Assembly (NCBI GenBank): GCA_900549955.1
Contig: URQH01000006.1
Location: 4,116 to 68,115, forward strand
Source: an uncultured Eubacteriales bacterium
GTDB taxonomy: Bacteria; Bacillota; Clostridia; Christensenellales; CAG-138
Length of the DNA stretch: 64,000 nt
Reading direction: 5' to 3'
Shown: piece after piece, positions 38,374 to 47,692 of the stretch
How positions within the stretch are numbered: position 1 is the stretch's first letter
Layout of the letters: the number at the start of each line of letters is the position of its first letter
Translations under genes and position numbers: made by a program
The notes under the pieces: generated by a model
Databases searched by the model: none
The model's input: the letters and a program-made list of their open reading frames with translations, nothing else
What the model was told of the DNA's origin: nothing

Positions 38374-39810
38374 CTACAGGGAAAGCAGCGAAATGGCGTC
38401 CGATATGGTCTTTTCCATCGCCTCTCGGCCGTATTTATTGACCTCTTCCTTGTTCTTTTCGCCATGCGTCAGGCAACCCGCGCCGCCGATACAGCCGCCG
38501 ACGCAAGCCATGCCCTCGATAAAGTTCCCGCCCAGCACCTTTTGCCCGGCGCGCGCCTTCAGCAGCGCCGCGCGGCACGCCTCGATGCCGTCGCACGCGA
38601 TGGGCCTCGCCTCGAACGTCGCATCCAGCCCCTGCTCCTTGAGCGCCTCCACCACCGCGTCGGACAGGCCGCCGCTGCGGGCAAAGATGCGGCCATAATA
38701 GGACGCATTGTCCAGCACGCCCTCGCCGAGCGTCGTGATGTCCACGCCTGCGCCGTCAAACAGCGCCTGCAGCTCCTCAAACGTGATGACACTGTCGATG
38801 TACGGGCGGACGCGCTCCTGCTGGAACTCCATCTTCTTGGCCGTGCACGGCCCGATGAACACCACGCGCGCGCCCGGTTCGGTCTTTTTGATGTACTGCG
38901 CAATGGTCGCCGCGGGCGAGAGGTTGTGGGAAATGTGCTCCACAAGCGTTGGGAACTGCTTGTGGATATAGTCCACAAACGCCGGGCAGCAGGAGCTGGT
39001 CAGAAAGCCCTTTTCAGCGAGCTCCGCGGCCTCGGCGTACGCAACCATGTCCGCGCCGAGCGCCGCCTCCACGACGTGATAGAAGCCGAGCCTGTGCAGG
39101 CCCTCGATCACCTGGCCAAGTTTCGCGTACACGAACTGGCTGGAGATCGACGGGGCGACGACGGCATAGACCTTGTACGCCTCGCCGCCCGCGCTGCCGC
39201 GCAGCAGGGCGATGACGTCGAGCAGGAAGGATTTGTCCGCAATGGCGCCGAACGGGCACTGGTACACGCACGCGCCGCAGGAGATGCACTTGTCGTTGTC
39301 GATGTGCGCGCTGCCATCCTCGTTCCTCGAAATGGCCTTGACCTTGCACGCGCGCTCGCACGGCCGCTTCTGGTCCGCAATCGCGCCATACGGGCACACC
39401 TTGGCGCATGCGCCGCATTCGACGCACTTGCTCTTGTCGATGTACGCCTTCTGGTGCGCGTCGAATGTGATGGCGCCGCGTTTGCAGGCGTCCTCGCACC
39501 GGTGGGCGATGCAGCCGCGGCACGCCTCCGTCACGACGTGGCCGCTCATCGGGCACTCGTCGCAGGCGATGTCCAGCACCTCGATCACGTTCGGATTGCT
39601 GCGGTCGCCGCCCATGGCCAGCTTCACACGCTCGGACAGGATGGCCCGCTCCTTGTACACGCAGCAGCGCATGGTGGGAATCTTGCCGGGGATGATGGTC
39701 TTGGGAATGTCCGTCACGTGCTCCAGCAGTTCGTCGGCATATGCCAGCCGCACGACCTCGCGCAGCACCTTGTATTTGAGATACTGTACCTTGGTGTCAA
39801 ACTTTCTCAT
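38374..39810 (-). CDS. [FeFe] hydrogenase, monomeric ferredoxin-type (group B-like) with an intact-looking H-cluster site
   Basis: 478 aa. Several CxxCxxCxxxCP ferredoxin motifs (CVECGACAKVCP, CISCGACVYQCP). H-domain motifs TSSCCPAF, GPCTAKKMEF and EGMACVGGCIGGAG. Confidence 0.85.
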   Translation of the reverse strand: MRKFDTKVQYLKYKVLREVVRLAYADELLEHVTDIPKTIIPGKIPTMRCCVYKERAILSERVKLAMGGDRSNPNVIEVLDIACDECPMSGHVVTEACRGCIAHRCEDACKRGAITFDAHQKAYIDKSKCVECGACAKVCPYGAIADQKRPCERACKVKAISRNEDGSAHIDNDKCISCGACVYQCPFGAIADKSFLLDVIALLRGSAGGEAYKVYAVVAPSISSQFVYAKLGQVIEGLHRLGFYHVVEAALGADMVAYAEAAELAEKGFLTSSCCPAFVDYIHKQFPTLVEHISHNLSPAATIAQYIKKTEPGARVVFIGPCTAKKMEFQQERVRPYIDSVITFEELQALFDGAGVDITTLGEGVLDNASYYGRIFARSGGLSDAVVEALKEQGLDATFEARPIACDGIEACRAALLKARAGQKVLGGNFIEGMACVGGCIGGAGCLTHGEKNKEEVNKYGREAMEKTISDAISLLSL

Positions 39811-39822
39811 GCCCTCTCCCCC

Positions 39823-40995
39823 TCAATAATACGTCACGGCGACGCGCTTGCCCATCTCGGTGAGGTCTTTGGCCACGCCCTCGACCAGCTGCATCTTGAT
39901 GTTGAAGCCGATCGGCAGATCGGGGTTCTGGTGCGCCGGGTTCACCGCGCGGCCGACGAAGAAATTCACGTCCGTCGCCTCTTCAAACAGCATCCGCGCA
40001 ATCTGCGACGCACCGTCCTTTTTATAGCTCCAGTCCGTATAGCGTTCGTTGTCCTTTAAATAGTCGTTGGCATATTCGAGCACGCGGCTGAACGTGATCA
40101 CGCCCTCGGTCACAAGATCGACCCCCTCGATGCGCGCCGTGGGCGGGATCTCCGGGTCGAGATACAGCGGCAGGCTCGTGTCGAGCGGCTTGTGCAGGTA
40201 TTCGGCGGCGAGCGTGCTCGTCGTCCCGCCGCACACGATGTGCCGCCCGGCGCTGCCGAAAAACGCCTGGTGCATCTCCGTCAGCCGCGCAGGGTCGGCC
40301 GGCGGGCCGATCATGAGGTTGACCGTCTTGCGGCGGCGGATGCGCACAGCGCACGCGGTGGTGTCGTCCCCCGGCTTGTTGCCGTACAGGCGCGTACATT
40401 CCCCCACGAGCATGGCCGCAAGCGTCTTGGCCGTAAACGAACCGTCGTACACCGTCTCGAGAAACGAGGCAATCTCCTCGCGCTGCCAGCCAAAGTTGAG
40501 CGACAGCCCCACGCCCGCGTGGATGGCCCCGTCGCTCATGGCCATGAACACGTCCCCCTCCTCGAGCGGGACGACGGACTTCAGGATGCGTTTGCCGTCG
40601 ATCGTCAGCTCCTGCTGCGGATAGTCCACGCTCCTGCCGCCGCGCAGCAGGATCACGCGCGGGTTGTCATACTGGATCAGCTCCGCCTCGCGGTTCTCCA
40701 CGATGTGGATGATCGTAAACGTGGAATAGGCGACCTTGCGCACCTCGCACACCGGCAGCGTGGCCGCGATGGTCTTGACGCAGTCCTCGACCGTAAGGCC
40801 GCCAGCGATCATCGTGGAGAGGATTTTGGACGTCAGTGTGGAGAGGATGTTTGCCTTCACGCCGCTTCCCAGCCCGTCCGCCAGCACGACGGTCACGCCG
40901 TTCTCCTGGTCGATGCGCTCCACGTGGTCGCCGCAGAGCTGCTCGCCGTATTTGTTGGCCGAGACAAAGCCAATGTCGGTGCAGAGCTCACTCAT
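39823..40995 (-). CDS. SpoIIE/PP2C-family serine phosphatase with an uncharacterised C-terminal domain
   Basis: 390 aa. N-terminal PP2C pattern (GDHVE...VVLADGLGSGVKA...MSDGAIHAG). 8-nt overlap with the upstream HydS-like gene. Confidence 0.8.
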   Translation of the reverse strand: MSELCTDIGFVSANKYGEQLCGDHVERIDQENGVTVVLADGLGSGVKANILSTLTSKILSTMIAGGLTVEDCVKTIAATLPVCEVRKVAYSTFTIIHIVENREAELIQYDNPRVILLRGGRSVDYPQQELTIDGKRILKSVVPLEEGDVFMAMSDGAIHAGVGLSLNFGWQREEIASFLETVYDGSFTAKTLAAMLVGECTRLYGNKPGDDTTACAVRIRRRKTVNLMIGPPADPARLTEMHQAFFGSAGRHIVCGGTTSTLAAEYLHKPLDTSLPLYLDPEIPPTARIEGVDLVTEGVITFSRVLEYANDYLKDNERYTDWSYKKDGASQIARMLFEEATDVNFFVGRAVNPAHQNPDLPIGFNIKMQLVEGVAKDLTEMGKRVAVTYY

Positions 40996-42664
40996 AGCGC
41001 AGAGACTCCTTGAGCTTGGTCAGCGCGACCTTCGTCTCCGCCGTCGTCTCGCCGAGCAGCGACGCGATCTCCTGCACGGCGCGCATCTGCTTTTCGATGA
41101 CGCGGTCGGTCACCTCGATGGTCGTGCGGCTGAGCGCCACGCGCGCGGCGCGCGCCGTCTCCTCCTCCGTCACGTCGCGGAGGATGCAGATGATCAGGTG
41201 ATGGCTGCGGTCGATGACGAGCGTCTCGTCGACATGTTTCTGGTATTCTTCCAGATACACCCGCTGGTGCGACTGGCCACGCCCGGTGCGCTGCAGCTCC
41301 AGGAACGGCGTCGGGTCGAGCAGGCGCAGGACCTGCTCCCCGACGAGCGAGCGCGGGTCTTCGATGTGCATGAGCCGGCAGGCGGCGTTGTTGAGCTGCT
41401 GGATCTCCAGCGCGTCGTTGAGCACGAGGATGGCGTTCGGGGTGCTGCGGATGATGTTCTCCGAAAACGACTGCGCGCGCTCGGCAAGATAAGGCAGGCA
41501 CATGGACAGCTCCGCCTTGCCCTGCAGCACCGCTGCCGCTTTCTCGCGGCAGGTGTTGTAGCCGCAGGAACCACAGTTGAGCTCCTGCTCCGGCGTGAAC
41601 TTGCCCATCTCGCGCAGCACTGCCTCGATCGCTGCCGTGCCGGGCATGACGCGATGCGTATCCAGCTCGCCCATGTGCTTTTGCAGCGCCTCCGCCGCCG
41701 GCTGCTCGACCGGGAAGTCTTCCCGGCCCGCATAGCGGTTGACCGCCACAAACTCGCTGACCGGCGCGCGGCGGTTGCGGTCCATCGCCGGGCCGCCGAT
41801 GCAGCTGCCCACGCACGCGGACATCTCGATGAAACAGTGGTCGAGCTTGCCGCCAATCACGTCCTCGAGCACCTGCATGCAGTTTTCCACGCCGTCGATG
41901 GCCAGATAGGTGTACGCCGGGTTGTCCGCCGCCATGCTGCGCAAAATACCGCCGGTCGTCGGGAACAGGCGCGCCTTGCCCGCCGCGCCGGTGTCCTCCA
42001 TCTGCGGGATGGAGACGTTCGCCTCGTGGAGCCATTCGGTCAGCTCTTCAAACGTCAGCGCGCAGTCCACGATGCCGGGATACCTCTCCGCCTCGTCCTT
42101 TTTCGAGATGCAGGGGCCGATGAACACCGTCTTGGCGTCCGGATGGCGGCGCTTGAGGTCGGTGCAGTGCGCCTGCATGGGCGAGAGCACGTGCGCCAGA
42201 TACGGCAGCGCCTGCGGGTAATACTTCTGGATGAGCAGGTTGACCGTGTGGCAGCAGGACGAGAGGATCACGCTGTGCGCGCCGTCGTACGTCATGCGGT
42301 CGTACTCGCGCTTGACCACGGTCGCGCCGAGCGCGGTCTCTTCCGCGCCGGCAAAGCCCAGCTGCCTGAGCGCGGCGTCCATGGAGGCGAGCGTCGCCCC
42401 CTCATAGTTGGCCACAAACGACGGCGCCAGGCTCACGTATACCGGCGCGCCGCCCGCAAGCAGCGCTTTGGCCGACGGCACGTCGTTTCGGATCTGCTTG
42501 GCGTTTTGCGGGCACACGACGAAGCAGTGCCCGCACAGGATGCACTCGTCCCCGACGATGTTCGCCTGGTGCCCGGAAAACCGGATCGACTTGACCGGGC
42601 AGTGCCGGATGCACTTGTGGCAGTCCTTGCAGTTGGCCGGCTTGAACTGGATACACTCGCTCAT
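40988..42664 (-). CDS. Sensory-type [FeFe] hydrogenase homologue (HydS/HfsB-like): 2x[4Fe-4S] + H-domain + C-terminal PAS
   Basis: 558 aa. CKDCHKCIRHCP and CILCGHCFVVCP. Degenerate H-cluster motifs SSCCHTV, GPCISKKDE and EMSACVGSCIGGP. The C-terminal ~110 aa are PAS-like (IIRSTPNAILVLNDALEIQQLNNAACRLM...). Confidence 0.85.
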   Translation of the reverse strand: MSECIQFKPANCKDCHKCIRHCPVKSIRFSGHQANIVGDECILCGHCFVVCPQNAKQIRNDVPSAKALLAGGAPVYVSLAPSFVANYEGATLASMDAALRQLGFAGAEETALGATVVKREYDRMTYDGAHSVILSSCCHTVNLLIQKYYPQALPYLAHVLSPMQAHCTDLKRRHPDAKTVFIGPCISKKDEAERYPGIVDCALTFEELTEWLHEANVSIPQMEDTGAAGKARLFPTTGGILRSMAADNPAYTYLAIDGVENCMQVLEDVIGGKLDHCFIEMSACVGSCIGGPAMDRNRRAPVSEFVAVNRYAGREDFPVEQPAAEALQKHMGELDTHRVMPGTAAIEAVLREMGKFTPEQELNCGSCGYNTCREKAAAVLQGKAELSMCLPYLAERAQSFSENIIRSTPNAILVLNDALEIQQLNNAACRLMHIEDPRSLVGEQVLRLLDPTPFLELQRTGRGQSHQRVYLEEYQKHVDETLVIDRSHHLIICILRDVTEEETARAARVALSRTTIEVTDRVIEKQMRAVQEIASLLGETTAETKVALTKLKESLRYE

Positions 42665-43059
42665 ACGCTCTGCCTCCCCTCCGCTTTCGCCAGAAAACGC
42701 GCCCCGTCTACGATGACGCGCTCGTGTTCCGCGCGGCCGATCTCGCCCGCGCCGTCGCAGGCGACGATTTCAAACGTCAGCCGCCTGCCCTCCGCCGCCG
42801 TCACCCGGCTTTCACAGCGCACCGCGCCCCCTACCGGCGTGGCCGCCGTGTGCTCGAGACTCAGGCGCACGCCCACGGTGGTCTGCCCTTCCGGGAGCAG
42901 CGGCTGCACGCTTGTAAACGCCGCGCGCTCCATGCAGGCGGCCAGCGCCGGCGTGGCCAGCACGTCCAGCCCGCCGCTGCCCACGGTACGCGCGGTATTT
43001 TCTACACAAACGGCGCACGCGGCTTCGCCGCGCACGCCCAGAAACCGGTTCTGTTCCAT
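42661..43059 (-). CDS. Hotdog-fold (thioesterase-like) protein
   Basis: ORF 42661..43290. Start moved to ATG 43059 (MEQNRFLGVRGEAACAV...). 132 aa. The pattern ...TVGVRLSLEHTAATPVG..V.....V....GRRLTFEI resembles the fluoroacetyl-CoA-thioesterase-like hotdog family. ATGA overlap with the HydS-like gene. Confidence 0.6.
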   Translation of the reverse strand: MEQNRFLGVRGEAACAVCVENTARTVGSGGLDVLATPALAACMERAAFTSVQPLLPEGQTTVGVRLSLEHTAATPVGGAVRCESRVTAAEGRRLTFEIVACDGAGEIGRAEHERVIVDGARFLAKAEGRQSV

Positions 43060-43064
43060 GCCGT

Positions 43065-43304
43065 TCACAGCCGGCTCATGACTTCGTTCTCGAAGAAGTC
43101 CTTCGCCGTGTCGGGCTTGACCGAGAACAGCTCGCCGTCGATCTTGACGCTCACGCCGTTCACACAGTTGCCCATGCAGAACGCGCCGGTCAGGTTGATA
43201 CGGTCTTCGAGCTTGCGCGCCGCAACCTGGCGCTGAATCTCCTCCACGACCTCGCGCGCCCCCTTGAGATGGCACGAACTGCCGATGCAAATGGTAATCG
43301 TCAT
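43065..43304 (-). CDS. Small thioredoxin-like [2Fe-2S] ferredoxin domain protein
   Basis: ORF 43065..43571. Start moved to ATG 43304 (MTITICIGSSCHLKGAREV...GAFCMGNCVNGV) after AGGGGAGGGAA. 79 aa with a four-Cys pattern C6, C11, C43, C47. Confidence 0.7.
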   Translation of the reverse strand: MTITICIGSSCHLKGAREVVEEIQRQVAARKLEDRINLTGAFCMGNCVNGVSVKIDGELFSVKPDTAKDFFENEVMSRL

Positions 43305-43362
43305 GGTGTTTCCCTCCCCTGTCAATTCGCTGCGGCGCGGCGCGCCGCGAGTTGCTGCAGCA

Positions 43363-44112
43363 TTATTGGTATTCCGCCACGTCCGCCCAGCGGAGCAGCA
43401 GCTCGCGCTCTTCGGGGCGGCCCTTGACCGACTGCGACGCGGCGACGATCGGGATCCAGCGCTGCACGTCGCCGCGCGGCACGCCGCTCTTTTTGCAGAA
43501 CAGCGCCAGATATGCCTCCGCCAGCTCGTGCTTGCTCTCCAGCGAGAACAGCAGGAACGTGCGCGCCGCATCCGCAGCGGGCGTGCCCTGCGTCACGTGG
43601 GACCAGTCGAGGATGTAGGCCGTGCCGTCGTCCGTCAGGATGATGTTGCTCGGGTTGAAGTCCCCGTGGCACACGCTCGCCCGCGCCGGCAGCGTCGCCA
43701 GGCGCTTGTGCAGCTCGAACTTCGTGGCGTCGGGCAGCTCCGACTCGGTGATCTTGCGGTACATCTTGTCGCCCAGGCGGTTCATGAGCGGCGAGCGCTT
43801 CTGGTGCACCTCCATCTGCAGGGCAACGAAACGCTCGAGATACTCCTCCCGCCGCTCCGGCTCCTCGTCCATGCGGCGCGCCAGCGTCTTGCCGGGCACA
43901 AACTCGGTCACAATCGCCCAGTTCCCCTCGATCTTGCAGACCTCGAGCAGCGCCGGCACCGGCAGGCCGGTCTCTTCTGCGCGCGCGTGGTTGAGCGCCT
44001 CGTTCAGGATGTCGGCCTTGCTGAAGCCCTCGCCGAACACCTTGACGGCGCGGCCGCCGTCGCGGTACACGGTCTTGTTGGTACGGACTGCCAATACCCG
44101 TTCAAATTCCAT
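43363..44112 (-). CDS. APH/choline-kinase-fold protein kinase-like phosphotransferase
   Basis: 249 aa. Catalytic-loop motif CHGDFNPSNIIL and metal-binding YILDWSH. The RBS GAGAGGAGG lies inside the adhE 3' end, with only 4 nt between the adhE stop and this start. Confidence 0.75.
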   Translation of the reverse strand: MEFERVLAVRTNKTVYRDGGRAVKVFGEGFSKADILNEALNHARAEETGLPVPALLEVCKIEGNWAIVTEFVPGKTLARRMDEEPERREEYLERFVALQMEVHQKRSPLMNRLGDKMYRKITESELPDATKFELHKRLATLPARASVCHGDFNPSNIILTDDGTAYILDWSHVTQGTPAADAARTFLLFSLESKHELAEAYLALFCKKSGVPRGDVQRWIPIVAASQSVKGRPEERELLLRWADVAEYQ

Positions 44113-44116
44113 GTGC

Positions 44117-46741
44117 TTACGCCTCCTCTCCGGTTCCGTAGTACGCGTTCAGATACATCTGCCGGATCTCGCGCATCAGCGGATAGCGCGGGTTCGCGCC
44201 GGTGCACTGGTCGTCAAACGCCTGCTCGGTCATCTCGTCGAGCCTGTTCAGGAAGTCCGCCTCGTCGATGCCGTAGTCGCGGATCGTCCTGCGGATGCCG
44301 ACCTTCTCCTTGAGCGCGTCGATCGCGGCGATGAGCCCGTCGAGCTTTTCCCGGTCGGTCGCGCCCGCAATGCCCAGCGCATCGGCCACCTCGGCGTAGC
44401 GCGCCAGCGTGTGCGGGTGGTCATACTGCGGGAAGGTGCCCATCTTTGCCGGCGCCTCCGCGGCGTTGAAGCGCAGCACCTCGTCGATCATCAGCGCGTT
44501 TGCCACGCCGTGCGGCAGGTGGTGGAACGCGCCCAGCTTGTGCGCCATGGAGTGGCACACGCCGAGAAACGCATTGGCAAACGCCATGCCCGCCATCGTC
44601 GCCGCATTGGCCATCTTTTCGCGCGCCACCGGGTCGTGCGGGCCGTCGTCATAGGCGCGGGGCAGGTACTGGAAGATCACCTTCAGCGCCTGCAGGGCCA
44701 GCCCGTCGGTATAGTCCGTCGCCATCATCGACGCGTACGCCTCCAGCGCGTGCGTGACCGCGTCGATGCCGGAAGCAGCCGTCAGCCCCTTCGGCGCGTC
44801 CATCATCATGTCCGCGTCCACGATGGCCATGTTCGGCATGAGCTCGTAGTCCGCCAGCGGATATTTGACGCCCGTGCTCTCGTCCGTGATGACGGCAAAC
44901 GGCGTCACCTCGCTGCCGGTGCCGGCGGAGGTGGGGACGGCCACGAAATACGCCTTTTCGCCCATCTTCGGGAACGTGTAGACGCGCTTGCGGATGTCGC
45001 TGAAGCGCATCGCCATGTCGAGGAAGTCCGCCTCGGGATGCTCGTACAGCACCCACATGATCTTGCCCGCGTCCATGGCCGAGCCGCCGCCCACGGCGAC
45101 GATGCAGTCCGGCTGGAAGGCGGCCATCTGCGCCGCTCCCTCCCTGGCGCACGCGAGCGACGGGTCGGGCGCCACGTCGTAGAACGTCGTGTGGCGGATG
45201 CCCATGCGGTCGAGCGCGTCGGTGATGGGCTTTGTATACCCATTATTATACAGGAAAGTATCGGTCACGATAAAGACCTTTTTCGCATTTTTCACGGTGC
45301 GCAGCTCTTCGAGCGCCACGCCCAGGCAGCCCTTTTTGATGTAGACCTTTTCGGGCGCGCGGAACCACAGCATGTTCTCTCTCCTTTCGGCCACGGTCTT
45401 GATATTCAGCAGGTGCTTGACCCCCACGTTTTCCGACACGGAGTTGCCGCCCCAGGAGCCGCAGCCCAGCGTGAGGGAGGGCGGCAGGCGGAAGTTGTAC
45501 AGGTCGCCGATGCCGCCGTGCGACGACGGCGTGTTGACCAGGATGCGGCACGTCTTCATCCGTTCGGAGAACAGGGAGAGCTTCTCCTGCTCGCGCACCG
45601 CGTCGAGATAGACCGACGAGGTGTGGCCAAAGCCGCCGTCCGCGACGAGCCGCTCCGCCTTTGCGACGGCCTCTTCAAACGTCGCCGCCCGGTACATGGC
45701 CAGCACGGGCGAGAGCTTTTCGTGCGCAAACTCCTCGGACGCTTCCACGCTCTCGACCTCGCCGATCAGGATCTTCGTCTCTTCCGGCACGTCCACGCCG
45801 GCCATGGACGCGATCGTGTGCGCGCTCTGGCCGACGATCTTCGCATTGAGCGAGCCGTTGATCAGGATCGTCTTGCGCACGCGTTCCGTCTCCTCCGGCG
45901 TCAGGAAGCGGCAGCCGCGCGCCTGGAACTCGGCGCGCACGGCGTCGTACACGTCGTCCAGCACGATGACGGACTGCTCGGACGCGCAGATCATGCCGTT
46001 GTCAAACGTCTTGGAGTGGATGATCGAGCTGACCGCCAGCAGCAGGTTTGCGCTCGAGTCGATGATGGCGGGGGTGTTGCCCGCGCCCACGCCGATGGCC
46101 GGCTTGCCGGACGAATACGCCGCGCGCACCATGCCCGGTCCGCCGGTGGCGAGAATGATGTCGGCCTCGTGCATGACGCGGTTGCTCAGCTCCAGCGTCG
46201 GCTGGTCGATCCAGTCGATGATCCCCTCCGGCGCGCCGGCGGCCACCGCCGCCTCCAGCACCAGGCGCGCCGCGGCAATGGTGGAACGCTTGGCGCGCGG
46301 GTGCGGGCTGATGAGGATGCCGTTGCGCGTCTTGAGCGCGAGCAGCGTCTTGAAAATCGCGGTGGAAGTCGGGTTCGTCGTCGGGATGACGGCCGCGATC
46401 ACGCCCAGCGGCTCGGCAATGCGCCGGATGCCGAACGCCTTGTCCTCCTCGATGACGCCGCAGGTCTTCGTCTCCTTGTAGGCGTTATAGATGTATTCGG
46501 CGGCATAGTGGTTCTTGATCACCTTGTCCTCCACGACGCCCATGCCCGTCTCCTCGACGGCGAGCTTGGCCAGCGGGATGCGCGCCTTGTTGGCCGCCAT
46601 CGCCGCCGCGTGAAAGATGTGGTCTACCTGCTCCTGCGAATATGTCGCATAGGTCCGCTGCGCCGCACGCACGCGCTCGATGGCGACGGCCAGCGTCTCC
46701 ATGCTGTCCACGACGGCGGGTCGTTTCATTGCCTTTTTCAT
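44117..46741 (-). CDS. adhE: Bifunctional acetaldehyde-CoA/alcohol dehydrogenase
   Basis: 874 aa. N-terminal ALDH domain (catalytic ...GMICASEQS...) and C-terminal iron-ADH domain (GGGSAMDAGK, HxxxH metal site). RBS GGAGGT. Confidence 0.97.
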   Translation of the reverse strand: MKKAMKRPAVVDSMETLAVAIERVRAAQRTYATYSQEQVDHIFHAAAMAANKARIPLAKLAVEETGMGVVEDKVIKNHYAAEYIYNAYKETKTCGVIEEDKAFGIRRIAEPLGVIAAVIPTTNPTSTAIFKTLLALKTRNGILISPHPRAKRSTIAAARLVLEAAVAAGAPEGIIDWIDQPTLELSNRVMHEADIILATGGPGMVRAAYSSGKPAIGVGAGNTPAIIDSSANLLLAVSSIIHSKTFDNGMICASEQSVIVLDDVYDAVRAEFQARGCRFLTPEETERVRKTILINGSLNAKIVGQSAHTIASMAGVDVPEETKILIGEVESVEASEEFAHEKLSPVLAMYRAATFEEAVAKAERLVADGGFGHTSSVYLDAVREQEKLSLFSERMKTCRILVNTPSSHGGIGDLYNFRLPPSLTLGCGSWGGNSVSENVGVKHLLNIKTVAERRENMLWFRAPEKVYIKKGCLGVALEELRTVKNAKKVFIVTDTFLYNNGYTKPITDALDRMGIRHTTFYDVAPDPSLACAREGAAQMAAFQPDCIVAVGGGSAMDAGKIMWVLYEHPEADFLDMAMRFSDIRKRVYTFPKMGEKAYFVAVPTSAGTGSEVTPFAVITDESTGVKYPLADYELMPNMAIVDADMMMDAPKGLTAASGIDAVTHALEAYASMMATDYTDGLALQALKVIFQYLPRAYDDGPHDPVAREKMANAATMAGMAFANAFLGVCHSMAHKLGAFHHLPHGVANALMIDEVLRFNAAEAPAKMGTFPQYDHPHTLARYAEVADALGIAGATDREKLDGLIAAIDALKEKVGIRRTIRDYGIDEADFLNRLDEMTEQAFDDQCTGANPRYPLMREIRQMYLNAYYGTGEEA

Positions 46742-46806
46742 GTGGTACCTCCAATTCTGCCCTTCGGGCGGTATCGGTAAAAATTTATCGTTATTTTTAT
46801 ATCGAT

Positions 46807-46835
46807 ATCATAATATTTATTTTGTGCTTTGTCAA
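46807..46835 (-). promoter_or_regulatory. Sigma-A promoter upstream of adhE, in an AT-rich island
   Basis: Minus strand: TTGACA (46835-46830), 17 nt, TATGAT (46812-46807), ~65 nt upstream of the adhE ATG. Confidence 0.5.
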
Positions 46836-46963
46836 TAGTCTGTGCACAATTCTTTTTTGCACCATGGCGCTGCCGCGCATCAAAAAGACGGAACGCCGGA
46901 AGTCTTGTCGCATCCGTGTCCCGTCAGCCATATTTTCGATTTACACGCCGCCCCCGGCGCCGT

Positions 46964-47668
46964 TCAGCCCTCGGCGATCAGCAGCGGCCGGAATTGCAGA
47001 TAGTCCGCCGCCACCAGCGCATAGCGGATGCCGTTGTGCACGCCGTTGAACGCGCCCCGGTGCGCCGGGCCGTGCAGATGGCCGTAGACCGCGACCTCCA
47101 CGCCGGCCTGCTCCAGCAGCGCAGTCACCTCCGTGTCCCTGTGCTGTGGGTCGAGCGGCGGGTAGTGCAGCATGGCAATCCGCCGCTTCCCCGTCTCCAG
47201 TTTGGAAAGCGACAGCGAGAGCCGCAGCAGCTCGCGCCGGTAGAGCCGGGCGTCGTCGCTCTCCCGCGCCCCCGCCTGTGCGTCCGCCTGCGCCGGCAGC
47301 GTCCAGCCGCGCGTCCCGCCGATGGCAAACGCGCCCACGGTCAACGCGTCGTTTTGCAGCGCGCGCACCGAAGGCGGCAGCGCGCGGCGCACTTGCACAA
47401 GCGAGCTCCACCAATAGTCGTGGTTGCCGCGCAGCAGCAGCTTTTGCCCCGGCAAACCGCCGACAAACGCAAGATCGGCCGCAGCATCCTGCAGCCGAAT
47501 CGACCAACTGATATCACCCGGGATCAACACCAGGTCGTCCTCGCGCACGGTCTCCCGCCATGCAGCCGACAGGCGCTCCACGTGGTCGCGCCACGCCTCC
47601 CCAAACAGGTCCATGGGCTTGTCGGCGGCAAAGGACAGGTGCAGATCGCTGATGGCAAATACGCGCAT
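46964..47668 (-). CDS. Calcineurin-like metallophosphoesterase
   Basis: 234 aa. Motifs ISDLHL, GDISW, GNHDYWW and GHLH. Confidence 0.8.
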   Translation of the reverse strand: MRVFAISDLHLSFAADKPMDLFGEAWRDHVERLSAAWRETVREDDLVLIPGDISWSIRLQDAAADLAFVGGLPGQKLLLRGNHDYWWSSLVQVRRALPPSVRALQNDALTVGAFAIGGTRGWTLPAQADAQAGARESDDARLYRRELLRLSLSLSKLETGKRRIAMLHYPPLDPQHRDTEVTALLEQAGVEVAVYGHLHGPAHRGAFNGVHNGIRYALVAADYLQFRPLLIAEG

Positions 47669-47692
47669 GGGGCCTCCGTTTCCGGCTCGGGT

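Noticed and set aside
43622-46780. A 1052-aa plus-strand ORF opposite adhE and the kinase gene
   Set aside because: It is a shadow ORF of adhE. The translation is R/A/H/V-rich with no domain features, while the minus-strand products have clear ALDH, Fe-ADH and kinase motifs.
46822-46849. A possible Rex (redox repressor) operator upstream of adhE: TTGTGC-N16-GCACAA and the TGTGCACA palindrome
   Set aside because: Neither the spacing nor the half-sites fit the TTGTGAA-N4-6-TTCACAA or TTGTTAA..TTAACAA Rex consensus I know. It is reported only as an unexplained inverted repeat next to the adhE promoter.
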